64,000 nucleotides of DNA from Raillietiella orientalis (taxonomy: Eukaryota). The stretch spans positions 1,736,001 to 1,800,000 of the forward strand of contig JAYWIR010000029.1 in the NCBI GenBank assembly GCA_036172245.1. Reading direction: 5' to 3'. A program made the translations under genes and the position numbers. Positions 25,140 to 37,049 of this stretch are shown piece by piece (within the stretch, counting starts at the first letter, position 1; each line of letters opens with the position of its first letter). The notes beneath the pieces are model-generated. The model ran no database searches, was not told the origin of the DNA, and saw nothing but the letters and a program-made list of their open reading frames with translations.

Positions 25140-26500
25140 CAAGGGCCAAGGAGTGCGCCCTAGGTGAAAGAGCTCAGAAGAAGGCAGTGGCTCTAATTAT
25201 CTTCGAGATGACCCTGAAAGTGTGATGAGCATAATAGGACTTCCCGTAGTTCAAGGTGGCAAGGGTGGCGGCTTGCACACGCGAGCCCCAAAGTTTTTCT
25301 CGTTTTTTATGCGCCAAACTTTGCTTATCCACAGTAACGGTACATTCGTGGGAAAAATCTATTGACGATGAGCGATCGATTGTAGCTGCTGAGCTAGAAA
25401 AAGGGAACTTGAGCAGTCTCATTTGCAAACAAAAAAAAAAACAGAAGCACGGTGATCGATTTCTATCAGCTGAGTTTGCCACGAACTCATTTTAGTTTAC
25501 AAATTTTCTACTGTAGAACACCGGAGGAGATTCTCAACTCTCCATCTTGTTTCACACAGGGTCACTTTGCCTCCATTACCATCCGTGAGCAAGAACGGAT
25601 TTGAAAGTTATTCTCTGACATCTTCCAATTCTTCCCAGGCGAGTGGAAATTTGTCGACTAGTACTTTCCTGTAGCCATCAGGAGCTTCCCAGTCCTCTGA
25701 TTTGATCAGTCCTTTCTTGTTTTCTTCGGATGAGCTGGTGCCAGAGAAGGTACTGCACCAGAGTACACGTATGTATATAAGATGACCTTCTTCTGCTCCT
25801 CTTTTGCCGGAGAGAGCAGTGCATTCCAGAATCATACAGGGCGTTTTTAGAATCCGAAAAGGGAATTCCAAAATGCCCTTTCCAATGCTCTTGTTCATCT
25901 AACGACGTTCCAGTCTGAAGAAAAGAAACTTGCGGCCCGCGTTGGCAGCCGCAAGTTTCTTTTCTTCTGTCTAGAACGGGTTGGATGACCACGGTCTTTT
26001 CTTGGGTCTCCGCGCTTGGTACCAAGCATTGCCGGCTCGAATCTCCACGTGGAAAGTCGACGCCGAGAAATGGGCGCATGGCAGGATGCTGGTTGGCTCT
26101 CTAAGGCTTGGGATGCGGCACTGATGGAATCCGGAAACCGGATACCCCTTTCGACTGGAATTTGAATTGGAAGCTGACCCTCCATGATCCTCCAAGGAGT
26201 CCTTCGAGGTTCCCCTTCGGTTATGAAGCTGGAGCCGTCCCTCCCCCTTGGGGAGAAATCCTCCATCGAGTACCGTAGAGCTGGTGGACTGATACCTCTT
26301 CAAAGCGTGAAGAAGCGCTCTGCCCCTTTAAGGAGCGCCCTTCAGAGAAAATTTGGAAGCCTTCCCTCGGGGTTCTCTTCAAAGGGGAAAACAGAGAGCG
26401 GCTCCCTTCGAGTTCCCTCCGGAGAAGAAATTCCAAGAGAGGATCCATTCCGGATTCCCTTCGGAAAAGAAATAACGGCGTGGCTCTCCTCTGAGAGGTC
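25140..26500 (-). mobile_element. Ty3/Gypsy RT-RNase H remnant
   Basis: YRKVLVDKFPLAWEELEDV (like DYRxLN..xDKFPLP.IxEL) and QAATLATLNYGKSY (like APxLAxPDxxKPF). Confidence 0.5.
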
Positions 26501-27149
26501 CCTCTTGTGAAGAAGAGGTTCCCTTCGAGGCTACCTCCCCAACGAGAGAGAGGAAAAAACTCCTTCCTCCGGAGCATTTCTGGATTCCTACCCTGGTCCT
26601 ACCCCCCCCTCTTCCCTAACTTGAGAAGTAATACGCACCCTCGGGTGGCGTGGACAGTGCTGAAGAGCTCTGTGAGCCCCTAGGCGAACGGTTCGGGAGC
26701 ACTTGGCGACCCAGACCATTGGCAACCTTCCGCATCGCAACTAAAGCCGTTGCGTTATGCTGATCAGGATACAAGTGTACCTGTCTCCTAGCGAACAAGG
26801 ACTGTTCCTGAGACTACTTTGAAAATTCGTTGAAAAGGAAGGTCTTCCAAGAGTTTCCGTCGCCTCCGAAAGCTTATCGATCGGCTTCTAAGCTATACGC
26901 AAACTCCTTTTGGTCGTCGCATTTCGTTTTTTTTTCTTTTCGGAACCCATGGGCGTGGGCTCTTTGCATTCCTTTGTCTGTTTCGAGTCTCCGTTCCGTG
27001 ATAGTGCCGTTCGCTTCACTGTTCAACTAAAGACATCATGCACCGGTGGCGTATCCTTACAGCATCCAGGCAAATTCAGCGTTTGGTGGGCGTACTGGTT
27101 AGGAAAATTAGGAGAGCAATCACAGTGGATAGCGTTCAAGCAAGAGCCA

Positions 27150-27800
27150 TTGTAAATAGGAGGGGAGTGGGAAATAAGATTGTCATTATTTTTCTAATGA
27201 AGATGCGGATGTGGATCGTCTGGCTGCAATCACTTAGGAAAGGGGAATGCTTACGGTCTGCAAGGGCATCATGCTGTTGCCAACCACGTTGCTGCATACC
27301 TATTGCTCCCTTCTCATGCTCCTTGAACTGCTTTCCTTTGGGTCGCGAGTGTTTCATGCAAGAACAGAACGGGGGGAACTGAAGAACCAATGCTGGCTCT
27401 CATGGGACTCGATCATCGAAGTCAAATCAATCCTTTGCTGCAACAGCAGTGCGATGCACATATGCGGAAGTCGAGAACTTCTTCAGTGATGCCCAGTCAA
27501 CAAGTAACTTGATAACTGCCCAACTTCAATGAGCCCAGTTGGAACTGGTCCACTAGCCAACGTCAGCCTTGAAGCATATCATTACATTCAATTACAGGGT
27601 AGAATGGGAGATGCGATTTTCCGTGTTCCCGCTATCGGTGGAGCACCTCTTTGGCAGTTCTGCATAATCTGTTGCACTCTGAAAGAGACATATTCGACAA
27701 TATCCAGATTCCTGAGTACCGTTCCACTCCAAATTTATCGACTCTCATTGACAACGCTCCGTGATTTTACCTGGAGCTCTCGGCGACGATTCATTTTTGG
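27150..27800 (-). mobile_element. Ty3/Gypsy integrase remnant
   Basis: DIVEYV...QNCQR (zinc-finger CxxC region) and SGPVP...YLLT (like DxxGPLP...YLLT). Confidence 0.45.
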
Positions 27801-27989
27801 AATCTGCCCCTATTCGATCACGCTGGTTTCTGCCACTGCTCATATTGCTCATGTCCATTGCTGTATCGTCGTCTTCTCGTCGTTCTTCTGGATAGTGCAG
27901 TTAGTGACACTACCCAAAAAGATTTTTTCTGGTCCACAGTGAGAGCATTAATCGGTAGTCACACCTTTGCAGTTCTGAACTGAGCAGCT

Positions 27990-28890
27990 ATAAATGCAGT
28001 CAATCACTTTTGAGGTATCAATTAGGACTCTGGACCCTATCACTTCATGCTGATGCACATCTTTCACGGACGATCTTCGAAATGCTCATGCCCAGTCCGT
28101 TTTCTGTTAACAAATGCTAAAGCAGGTCGAATTTGTGAGTTACGAAAGCAAGTTATTTTAATGAGTTGTAGAATGATGGCATATGTGAGGTTCCTGAAGA
28201 GCGATTGGGAGGTTCTGGGATCAAAGTACCACTTTGTATAAAAGGTTTTTCTACCATGATGTTTGCCACGAACGACTTGTTTCCCAAGATATTCATCATT
28301 TTATTTCACTGCCGTAAAAGGAAAACTATGTTGTGATGATGCCAAATCACATTCCAGAAGCAATCAAACAACTCTTCATCATGTTATGAAACATCTGCTG
28401 TATGCTGTTGCACCAATTTTACCCCATTTGGCAAAAGAAGTGTATCGGTGCAAACTAGTGGACCGTGTTGGGTTAGCTGGAACTAAGTCATGCAAATTGT
28501 AGGAGACTATTCAAAGTACAGGGGGATGTATTTAGAAACAAACTTCCAGTTACAACTGAGTGTTGGAATCCTGACTATACGAATGTACCAATCCATGCCA
28601 TCTTTGATTTTAGGGATGAAGTCAAGGTGTGTTGAGGCCATTCACTAGTGCACTGGCACTGGTCAAATTCCCAATACTCTCAAAAGTGTTTTAAGCAGCA
28701 TGAAGAGCGATGTTGAATCTCTTCACTGATTGAAACCATACAGACACCATTGATGGTCTGGGCAGTGATCACTGCACTCAATTTTGCACTTAGAAATGTG
28801 AAACTCAGCAATAATGCCTGCAAGAGGTCAGACTATCACATGTCCATTCACTGCAACTCTCTTATTTCAGAATCCAATACGGTGTTCTTT
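27990..28890 (+). pseudogene. IARS2: Fragmentary pseudogene of mitochondrial-type isoleucyl-tRNA synthetase (anticodon-binding and C-terminal region)
   Basis: SSFYFTAVKGKLCCDDAKSHSRSNQTTLHHVMKHLLYAVAPILPHLAKEVY matches IleRS LSxFYF..KDRLY...RRSxQT.L...APILPHLAEEV. Flanking frameshifted remnants include TLRYQLG, FATNDL and SIMPARGQ..CP. Confidence 0.75.
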
Positions 28891-29599
28891 TGGTAATAAT
28901 TGAGTCGTATTGTGAGCAGCCAGAGTGTAGAAATAGAAAAACGATTTCAGTATCCTTCAGTGACATGTGGACATCGCCAAGCTTATTAGGATCCGATGTT
29001 CCTCTACATGGTCTCTTCTACCTATGTGCTTCGCAAACCTTTCTCGGAGCTAAAATGCGACTCGTGCTAAAGGCTAAGCATTCTTTCAAGAACCACCCTT
29101 TTGCGAGTGTTTCCCAATTAATTCAGCAGCGAAGTAAATTGTATCTCATAGAATCTGCTTTTCAGACGATCTTCCGTACATAACTCTTTTGAAAATTTTT
29201 CAGCCCTTCCATTCGCCAGCGGAAAGCTGTTGATTTTTGATGCGTTGCGAATGAGAACTGGTGATCGACTTTTGCTTTACCTCAACTGAATTCGAACTAC
29301 AAGGGCTCTGGGCTCGACATAACTCTCTTGTGAATGTGGGCGAACAAAAACCACAGGTCTATGCGTCGCTGAAAAAGTAGACATCCAGAACCCAGCTACC
29401 TTCCTTCCCTTCCTCTTTCCTAAGAGAATCAGCTAACAAAAATGTCTCAAGGTTCCATTCTCCTGGGGCGGATGTCCAAATCCATCTCTGAATAAGAACG
29501 AAAAGGTGCATCTCGTGACAAGAAGATCCAGAGGAAGTCACTGTAGGTGGGGACAGAAACTGACCGTGGACCTTGCCACATCGGGAACTTTGGAATAGT

Positions 29600-30900
29600 C
29601 CTTAAGCAATGTGCATGCAGCGAACACTCTAATCGGCAAGGGTTATCGCTGACTCAGAAGGAACTTCGTCATGAAGATGGCTATAACTACCTATGAAGAT
29701 GGAAGTTCGCTCATCTTCATAGGTGAGCCTAACGAATTCGGGGAAAGCCACTCCGTGCTTTTGCTGGATTTGAGGTGGACAACAGTCTGCAGAAGTCACC
29801 TGCCAACTTCTCTGTAGACTTGATCAAACCTATTAACCGCAACTGGATCTGAGCTCGGCACCTGGCACCCATGCTCTGACGATCAGCCATTCGAGCAAGT
29901 GCATTCAATCCAAAGTCCTCTTCCGCTAACCCGAGTAGAAGAAGACTCAGTTTCTGCTTTCCGTCCTTCTAGAAAGTTCGACGTGTCTGCTACCCTAGCA
30001 GTGGATACGGCTAAAGTCAGCTCTAGAGTAATATGCTACATCAATCCTAGAATTTGCTACAGAGGAGCTAGCTGTTTCCCGCAGTCTGCGCTAACAGAGA
30101 TGCCTTGAGAAAAGTCAGCAGAAAATTACGAGAGAAATTTTGGATACGGAGGTCCTGTTTGTTTTGCAGTGCCACCAGAAATGAGAGCAAACGCTTGAGA
30201 ATTCAAGTAAGAGAAAGGTTCGCTGTTGCTGGTGATTGGGATGACGCGAGCCATCACCTGTTTTACTAACCACTCCCTGCTTGCGCTGATATCCTGCAGC
30301 GCACGAGAGAAGCGCAGGCGTGTTGGAAGGAGATGCCATCTTGAGTGGATATCGTCTGAGCAGAACAGAAGGCCAACACGTCTGCCATCGGGAGGCAGAA
30401 ACAGGTCTCTCAAGCACGTCTGCCGGGTTTTGCAAGAAAGGACCTTCTTGGAGGCCAAGGGAACTCGGGGATAAGATCCATATCTCCAGAGAAAGGGGAC
30501 CATGCGTTCTACAACGGCCCTCATTAGAAGGATAGCAAGGGAAACTTTTCTCCCCCCGTTTCCTGGACTCAAATGGATGATGCTACCAAAGAGAGATCCA
30601 GTCATCGGCTCCATAAAAGTCGAACACTTATCAAGGATCCACTGTCAAGTGGAAGGAAATCGTGTTATCCTCCTCTACTAGTGGATCTTTGTCCTCAAGA
30701 GGGGTACAAGGAAGTCTGAGAGGTCTTTACTTCTGGCCGATCCTCTCTATGCTTTTGAGGTCGGGCGGATTCCGCCGTCTCATGAGTCGCTTTGTCTGTA
30801 GGCTCTGGATGGGAGGAGGGTCTTCCCGTTCCCTCATGAAAACGAATTGAGCAGCCATTAATCAGCTCTGATCTTCAAGAAAAACACGACACGTACCTTT
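29600..30900 (-). mobile_element. Ty1/Copia protease-to-integrase remnant
   Basis: WILDKCSTFM (like WxLDSGASxHM), GNG, PRVPLASKKVLS (like LYVPxLxxNLLS) and RWH (pre-integrase), in Copia order. Confidence 0.5.
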
Positions 30901-31049
30901 CAGTGGCTCCTGAGCCATTGGTCTGTGACGGCCAAAACGATCGTGCGGTGACGGCGAATGTCAGCCCTTGTCATATCCTATAGACGATCCCATTGCCACA
31001 CCGCTTCACGTGTAGGATCAGAGATGCTCAAAGATCGGAACCGTTAGCA

Positions 31050-33450
31050 TCTTTTTCCAAGAGAGCGCAGGAGTCAGAAAATCATGCCTCTTTGCGGGAA
31101 TGAGGTCCCCGGAGGTCCATCATCCGTTGGAGCCGTTGGGTGAGAAGCGATTTGCTGAGTGGCTGAGAAGAGGACGTGCTTCCGTGGCCACGGAAGCGAT
31201 CTCCTCCGGTGAGGCGTAGCCTCTGAGCATCCCGAACCGTGAACCCGGTTCGAATGGACAGCTCGTGGATTGCCTCCGTGCAGCCCTGGTGCTCATGAGT
31301 CATGCAATCGACGAGGACAGTAACCCGTTTGGGACGATGCCAGCGGTCAGGTCAAGTCGTTTGTTACACGTGAGTAACTCTTATAGCTCCTCAGACAGTC
31401 GGTCTCTCCGAAGGTAATAACCAAGATGGAAAGGAGTGGGCCAATAATATCGATCTGCTGCTGAATCCAGACAAGTGCGCGTCCCTCGCTCGCAAATACC
31501 GGAGTGCAGGCATTCTAAGGAAGCCGCGCACAGCCGTTGCATCCATCTTTGTCGATGCCGAAAGATGTACTCATCAAGTGCGTCCCACAAACTGGAAGAA
31601 GTTGCTTTTTGTGTGTGCCTTTTCCTCTCAAATAACCCTTTCTTTCTTTCTCTCTTTTTTCCAAAACACTTGCTGCTGCTGGGAGGATCTAGCTTCCAGT
31701 TGCTCGAAGCCTAGAAAGATGCTTCAATTACAAGAGCACATCTTCCTCGAATTTCGTCTGATTCCCTTGTGCTTTTTTCCAGGGTCCTGCTCATGAGAAA
31801 GACGTTTCCTCGACGATGATGCAAGCCCTTCCCTCGCTCTTCCCTAGGAAGATGCCGTCCGCCACTGGAGCCACTTCGGGATAAAAGGGAATTCTGCACT
31901 GGGTACGTCCTGAACTCTGGTGCCCCTAGGGGAAAGAAATCAGACCACAGTTCCTGAAACCGCCCCGCCTTTCTTTGCGAGTTAAAGATACCGCCCGTCT
32001 GCGACGCCTCTAAGGGAGGCTCCCTGCATATCAACTTGTTCGTTTTCGGGTCTTTCGCTTCGGTCTCCTTCTAAGAAATCTCATAGCATCTTCCGCCTCG
32101 GGCGGGCGAAAAGGCAAGTAACGGAGGCAACGAAGCTCTTGTACAGCTGTCCATCTAGGCCCACGCTTCAGCCAACGAGAAGGGATCGACTCGTTTTTCT
32201 TTGCGGATGAAATTGGGGATTGGAGGGTCTGGTTTCCTGAGCACTTCTTCACGAGACAGCTGCTTTCCAGGTATAGGTTAAATGTCATCCTGCATTCTGT
32301 AGAGGATCAGAATGCATTGCATTTTTCGACGAAGAGGATGCGCCCAGTTTTCTCGAAGGTCAGTCTTCTAATCCGACCTCCGATCCAACGTCGACAGAAT
32401 CGTTGAACTCAAGACCCGGAACAAGCCACGGAGGAACTCATTCGAACAGTGATACCAGAAGTGCATAAAGGGAGGAGCGTAGGCAAAGGTGCATGAAATG
32501 TAGGATGTGAAAGGTGCTCTTATTTTCAGTTCAGCAACTTTCCAGAATGGTGGACTCGTGTGCGAAGGGACGCTTTCCCCAGCTGCAAGTGGAACTCACA
32601 AAGGGTGAAGCGAATCACGCGATTGGAGGCTGAACATCCGAATACTTCCTCTCTTGCTTTCGTTTCCCCGACTTTTATGGATGGCCCCATTTCCGACGAG
32701 GTGTGGCAGCGAGGTACGCTGGTTCGATTGAAAACCACAGCCGCTTAATTTCAGTAGGAGTTTCAGGCAAGTTCTTGTTTTCGGAACAGGAAAACAAGCA
32801 AACTATTAGCCCGTAAAGGCAATGAGCACACAGAGTTTCTCCACCCTCGCCATTCAGTGCGATTGGTTTTTTTGTTTTTGTTCTGATCCACGGTTCTCGA
32901 AAGGTGCACCCCATCTCGAGGGATTCACGTCGAAGGGACGGCAAATGCGCTGTCACTTCTCCATTCCTCGAAGATGTCCAGTCTCCTGTCGGAACGACGT
33001 GGCGCTTTGTCAGACGAAGCACGCGAATCCGCGATCGTGGACACGCTGGAAGATCGCGCACGGCGTGTGGCAAAAACACGCGATGGCGCCCCCCAGGTCT
33101 GCAGAGACGAAACTTACCCAAGCGAGGCGCTCGTGGCCCGCTTCTTGTCCTTTTCCCGCCTGAGCGATTCCTCACTCCGTGTTTGAGGATTCTCGACAAA
33201 CCGGGAGGTGCTTTTTGCCGTCTGGCGAGCGACCTTTGAGAGTTCCAGGGCTTGTTCCGTTCCTCCGCAGACCCCCTGCGGCTCAAGGGCTGGATCACCG
33301 AGAATCTTGCTCCTCCCTTGGCCAGCACGGGGTCGCGCTCGAAAGATTCTTCAGGTGCCAGCTCAGCCGCTGGAAATGCGGAAGAATTGGCTGGGAAAGG
33401 GTGGAAAGTTCTTTCTTGGGCCAGTGGACCCAAGGAACGTGGTACACGTT
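31050..33450 (-). mobile_element. Decayed Ty3/Gypsy pol (RT, RNase H, integrase)
   Basis: KKC...PISS...ELRCLRY (RT C-terminus), LECLHSG...T...RYYWP (integrase zinc-finger region), SRFGM and an HPxSNG-like trace. Confidence 0.55.
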
Positions 33451-34372
33451 ATGTTGGAAGTACGACGGGATTAATCTCAAGACACGTCAGTCAGCTACAA
33501 GCAAGCCATGTCTCCTTTAGTCCCGGTTCTCAGAAAACGATAAACAGATCGCCTTTAACCAGAATGAACATCCTAACAAGGATACACTATAGGAAACAAG
33601 AAAGTCTGGAATGGATTGCTCAATGTAACATGAAGCTGAAAGATTTTTGAATGTTTTGAACAATGACGTTTCATTCTTCACCCAGATCATTTCGAAAGTT
33701 CTTCGTCCACTCTAAGAATTCCAATCATTCCGTTTAGTGATTCCTTTGTGTTCAGTGAACACGCTGCAAAGTGATTGCGGCAGAACACACCAGAAATACA
33801 AATAAAAAACCTCAGAAACAACACGAAGAATGGTTTCATCATCCACATCAAGTAGTCCGCTACGCTCTCAACGAGAAGATGGGTTAGCTGCGAGCACACG
33901 CTTGCTTGTGAGCTGAATTTAATGAAAGAGGCTCCTGTATCTCAGCTGAAATGCCTGCTGATACTTTCAAAAAGGGAGATCCGCCTGCTTCACCTTACAA
34001 TCGACTTCCTTAAGCTTCGAAGGGATAAAATCAAAATGGGATGCTCAGTTCGGACCGGCACGAGTTTTGGGATCACGGACTCGTTAGACGTCGACTGTTT
34101 CTCTCTTAAGTGGATTGTGCTGAAATCTGTTATTATTGTTTTTCAGTTATCCACGCTCATGAAGTCATCAGAGAAGCCACTTACATACTACGCATCGACT
34201 ATTCACTGTCATCATATTATCAGCAATATCATTCATCTATAGGCTGCAGTTTGTGTGCCCAAGAGTGCTCCCGTGAGATTCAAAGAGATTATCAAAGGAG
34301 CACGTGATAGTAAGCAGACCACCTTTTTTTTTTTTTTTTTTCCCTTCTAATAGAATGCATCACCTACTTTGG

Positions 34373-34900
34373 TCATACTAATGAGGAAGAATCATTTATG
34401 GGTGCGTCATTTTCTCGAGATAAAATAACCAGTTGGGTTCGCTCTGGTGTGAAACCATCCGATGCTTCACTGTGTGCCCCGTCGAAGAGCAGGTCTCGAA
34501 TCTTGCCTTGAAGCAACTGGAAATCCTGTATGTAATCGATGGTTATGGGACGAGCCCCTCTGACGTCAGTGTGCACTGCCTCCCGACTGCACGGGAGAGC
34601 GACTGACAAAAATCAAACGCCCCGCGCATGAGCGAAGGCTCCTCGCATTCCACTTGAAAATTGGTGCTGCGTGACGGAAGCTGAAGGCATCGCGTTCTGG
34701 TGGATGCAAAATGTGGAATCAAATGCGGGCTGTCACGGAAGAGCATGTTCCACGCAACACATCCTTCGCCAGAATTTTCACAACCGGAATTCAAAGATTG
34801 CACACGGAAATCCCCAGTCTGCTCCGACTTCGAGCGGGTGGATTTTCCTCCATGCGGATGAGGATTCAGCTCGTCTTTTCAGGAGCTGAGTAGCCGTTCG
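34373..34900 (-). mobile_element. R2-like non-LTR RT remnant
   Basis: WNMLF...FASTRT and GARPITI...DGFT match the R2-type RT N-terminal motifs. Confidence 0.45.
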
Positions 34901-35449
34901 AGTTTCCTTGTAGACCCACAGTAGTCGGGCAGAGGGTTCTTACACATGTCCGGCTGCAAGTGGCTTGGCCATTTTCATCGTTTATTTCCTTCCCTTTTTC
35001 GAAATAGTTTTTGTCTTCCGCCGTGACCTTGATTTTTCTGGAGTGGCTCAGAACTCAAAAAGGAGAGCCGGAAAGAGAGAGAGAGAGAGCGAAAGAATAA
35101 CAGTAAGAAGACAGCCGAAATGTAAAGTGCGAGCTATCTTTCCTCAGCTTTCTGTAAAGTATCGCAATTTCAAATTTCTTCGCTTAATCTGTCAAGCCCA
35201 CTGTTTTTTTCATTCGATCGGATGTTAAACTGCGTGTGTTTGCGTCTTTCCAGAACCTAGTTTGCTGCTCCCACATAGCACCAATCCTAGGGCAGTTTGA
35301 GGAAAACCTGCTATTCCTCAACAGCAACAAAAAAAGAGCAGCTAGTTAGACCCTGTATCGGTTCAGGAATCAAGATTCCTTGTTTTCCTCAGATCGAATT
35401 CCGAGGTCCTTGAACTTTTATACAAAAAGAAATGAATAAAATTTCCTTT

Positions 35450-35950
35450 GGGACACGTTCTTATCAGCTCAAGGGTATTTCTGCATCATGTTTTACAATG
35501 AAGACGGTCATGAGACGACGCTCAAAACTTCTCGTAGCAAAGGACCTGCTCTCCTAGTAATTCCTTTACGGCCAAGCAAGAGCTGAAAGTGGTCTAAAGA
35601 TGATTCGGAAGCGGCATTCTCAGAATCATCCTTATCACTCAGGAAAATGATTCCAAAGCTTCCGGAGGAGGGAAAACGGGCGTAGGTCGCAACGCGAAAG
35701 GAGTGGGACCAGTTGTACTGTTCCTATTGATCATCTGATTCAAATCTGTCCATCATTTTTTGACGCAAGAAAGGCGCTTGGCGAGTGTCACTCTTGAAGA
35801 ACGTAGTCCATTTTCGGCTATAATCAGCTTCTTAGAGAGCGTTCTTTTCAAACAAAACCGGCGATGAATGAACCGATGAATCCCCCCCGAACAGCGGCTT
35901 GGTCAGGTAATTCAATCTCGTCCCTTCCTGGATACTCCAGTAGTTTCTTT
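35450..35950 (-). mobile_element. Possible additional Maverick-type integrase fragment
   Basis: Weak remnants resembling YY..P..FGG and FS..W..PLKxK. Confidence 0.25.
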
Positions 35951-36199
35951 GAGCACATCAATTGTGCTTCCCATTAGAGTCATTCTTGACTCTTCCCTGA
36001 AGGAAACAAGGTGTGTGCAAACAAGGGGTGTGTGTGTGTGTGTGGAAGGGACATCTGCATCTATGGGTGGCCATCCTGATTACATCTGAACGCCATTTTT
36101 CATCCGGTTGCACATCAGCGGCATTCGCTCATCTATCCATTTGAGACACATTTCTCAAGTCCGAATCTGGCTCAGTTTCCGGGAGGATTTTCCGATTTG

Positions 36200-36900
36200 G
36201 ACTGAGCAGGGAAAAGTCGTACGAAACCAGACTACGAGGGAGCATGGAAAGAGACAACTGGGCGACTCCGAGATTTCCAGTTAAAGCCTCTGTAATCGAT
36301 TTTTGGGAGGATCTTTCTGACCCCCAGAAAGCAGCACTGTGTTGATCTTACCGGAACACCTAACACCACTTTCGAAGTCCGATCTCGAGAAGGTTTCCAC
36401 TGTCTGGAACCTGCCATGTCGTTTATCCTATGCTCTGGACATCCGGATGCACTCCTTCTGCGGGCACATCTGTCTAGAATTCAATTTCGAGATTCACTGT
36501 TGCATCTTCAATGAGGCGAGCTGGAAACTATCTGCCTCGGGAAATTCCCGCACATGCATGTTTCACTCAAGCATTCAACACCTTAAGCTGGAAATACATG
36601 ATCGATGTAGCATTTGGAGCTTCCTGTTCCCTGATGGTGATGATGCTCATCAAGGAACCTTGCAGTTGGTTGTTACGAGACCTGATGGGAGAGACTCAAG
36701 AGAATATGGAATTCATCAGCCTGGTATATCTTTCGGATCCAAAACTACGCAAACTGATATAACTGAGAGCAAATACGATGCAAGGTTTCCTATATGGCTG
36801 GTTGTTGCCAAGGAAAACAGCAGCCATTTTCTTGTTTCCTAACAGACAAGCCCTCCCAGAGATCTAGACCGCATCGGAAAAAGCACTGGGGTTCTGAAAG
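36200..36900 (+). mobile_element. RTE-type RT remnant, related to the 14.6-18.1 kb element
   Basis: LQLVVTRPDG resembles LEVVITRPDG at ~15420. It is followed by ITESKYDA (YADD position) and preceded by a CxNYRG-like trace. Confidence 0.5.
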
Positions 36901-37049
36901 GTTGTTCCTGGTGAAGATTAGCATCCTCATCTTCCTGGAAAGGCTTTCAAATAAGCCGCTTTTGCTTTTACGCAACGAATGAATCAGATCAGACTGATCG
37001 CCCGTTGACTTCAGTCTTCTCAAAGCTTGCCATTGCATCATCTGATACA

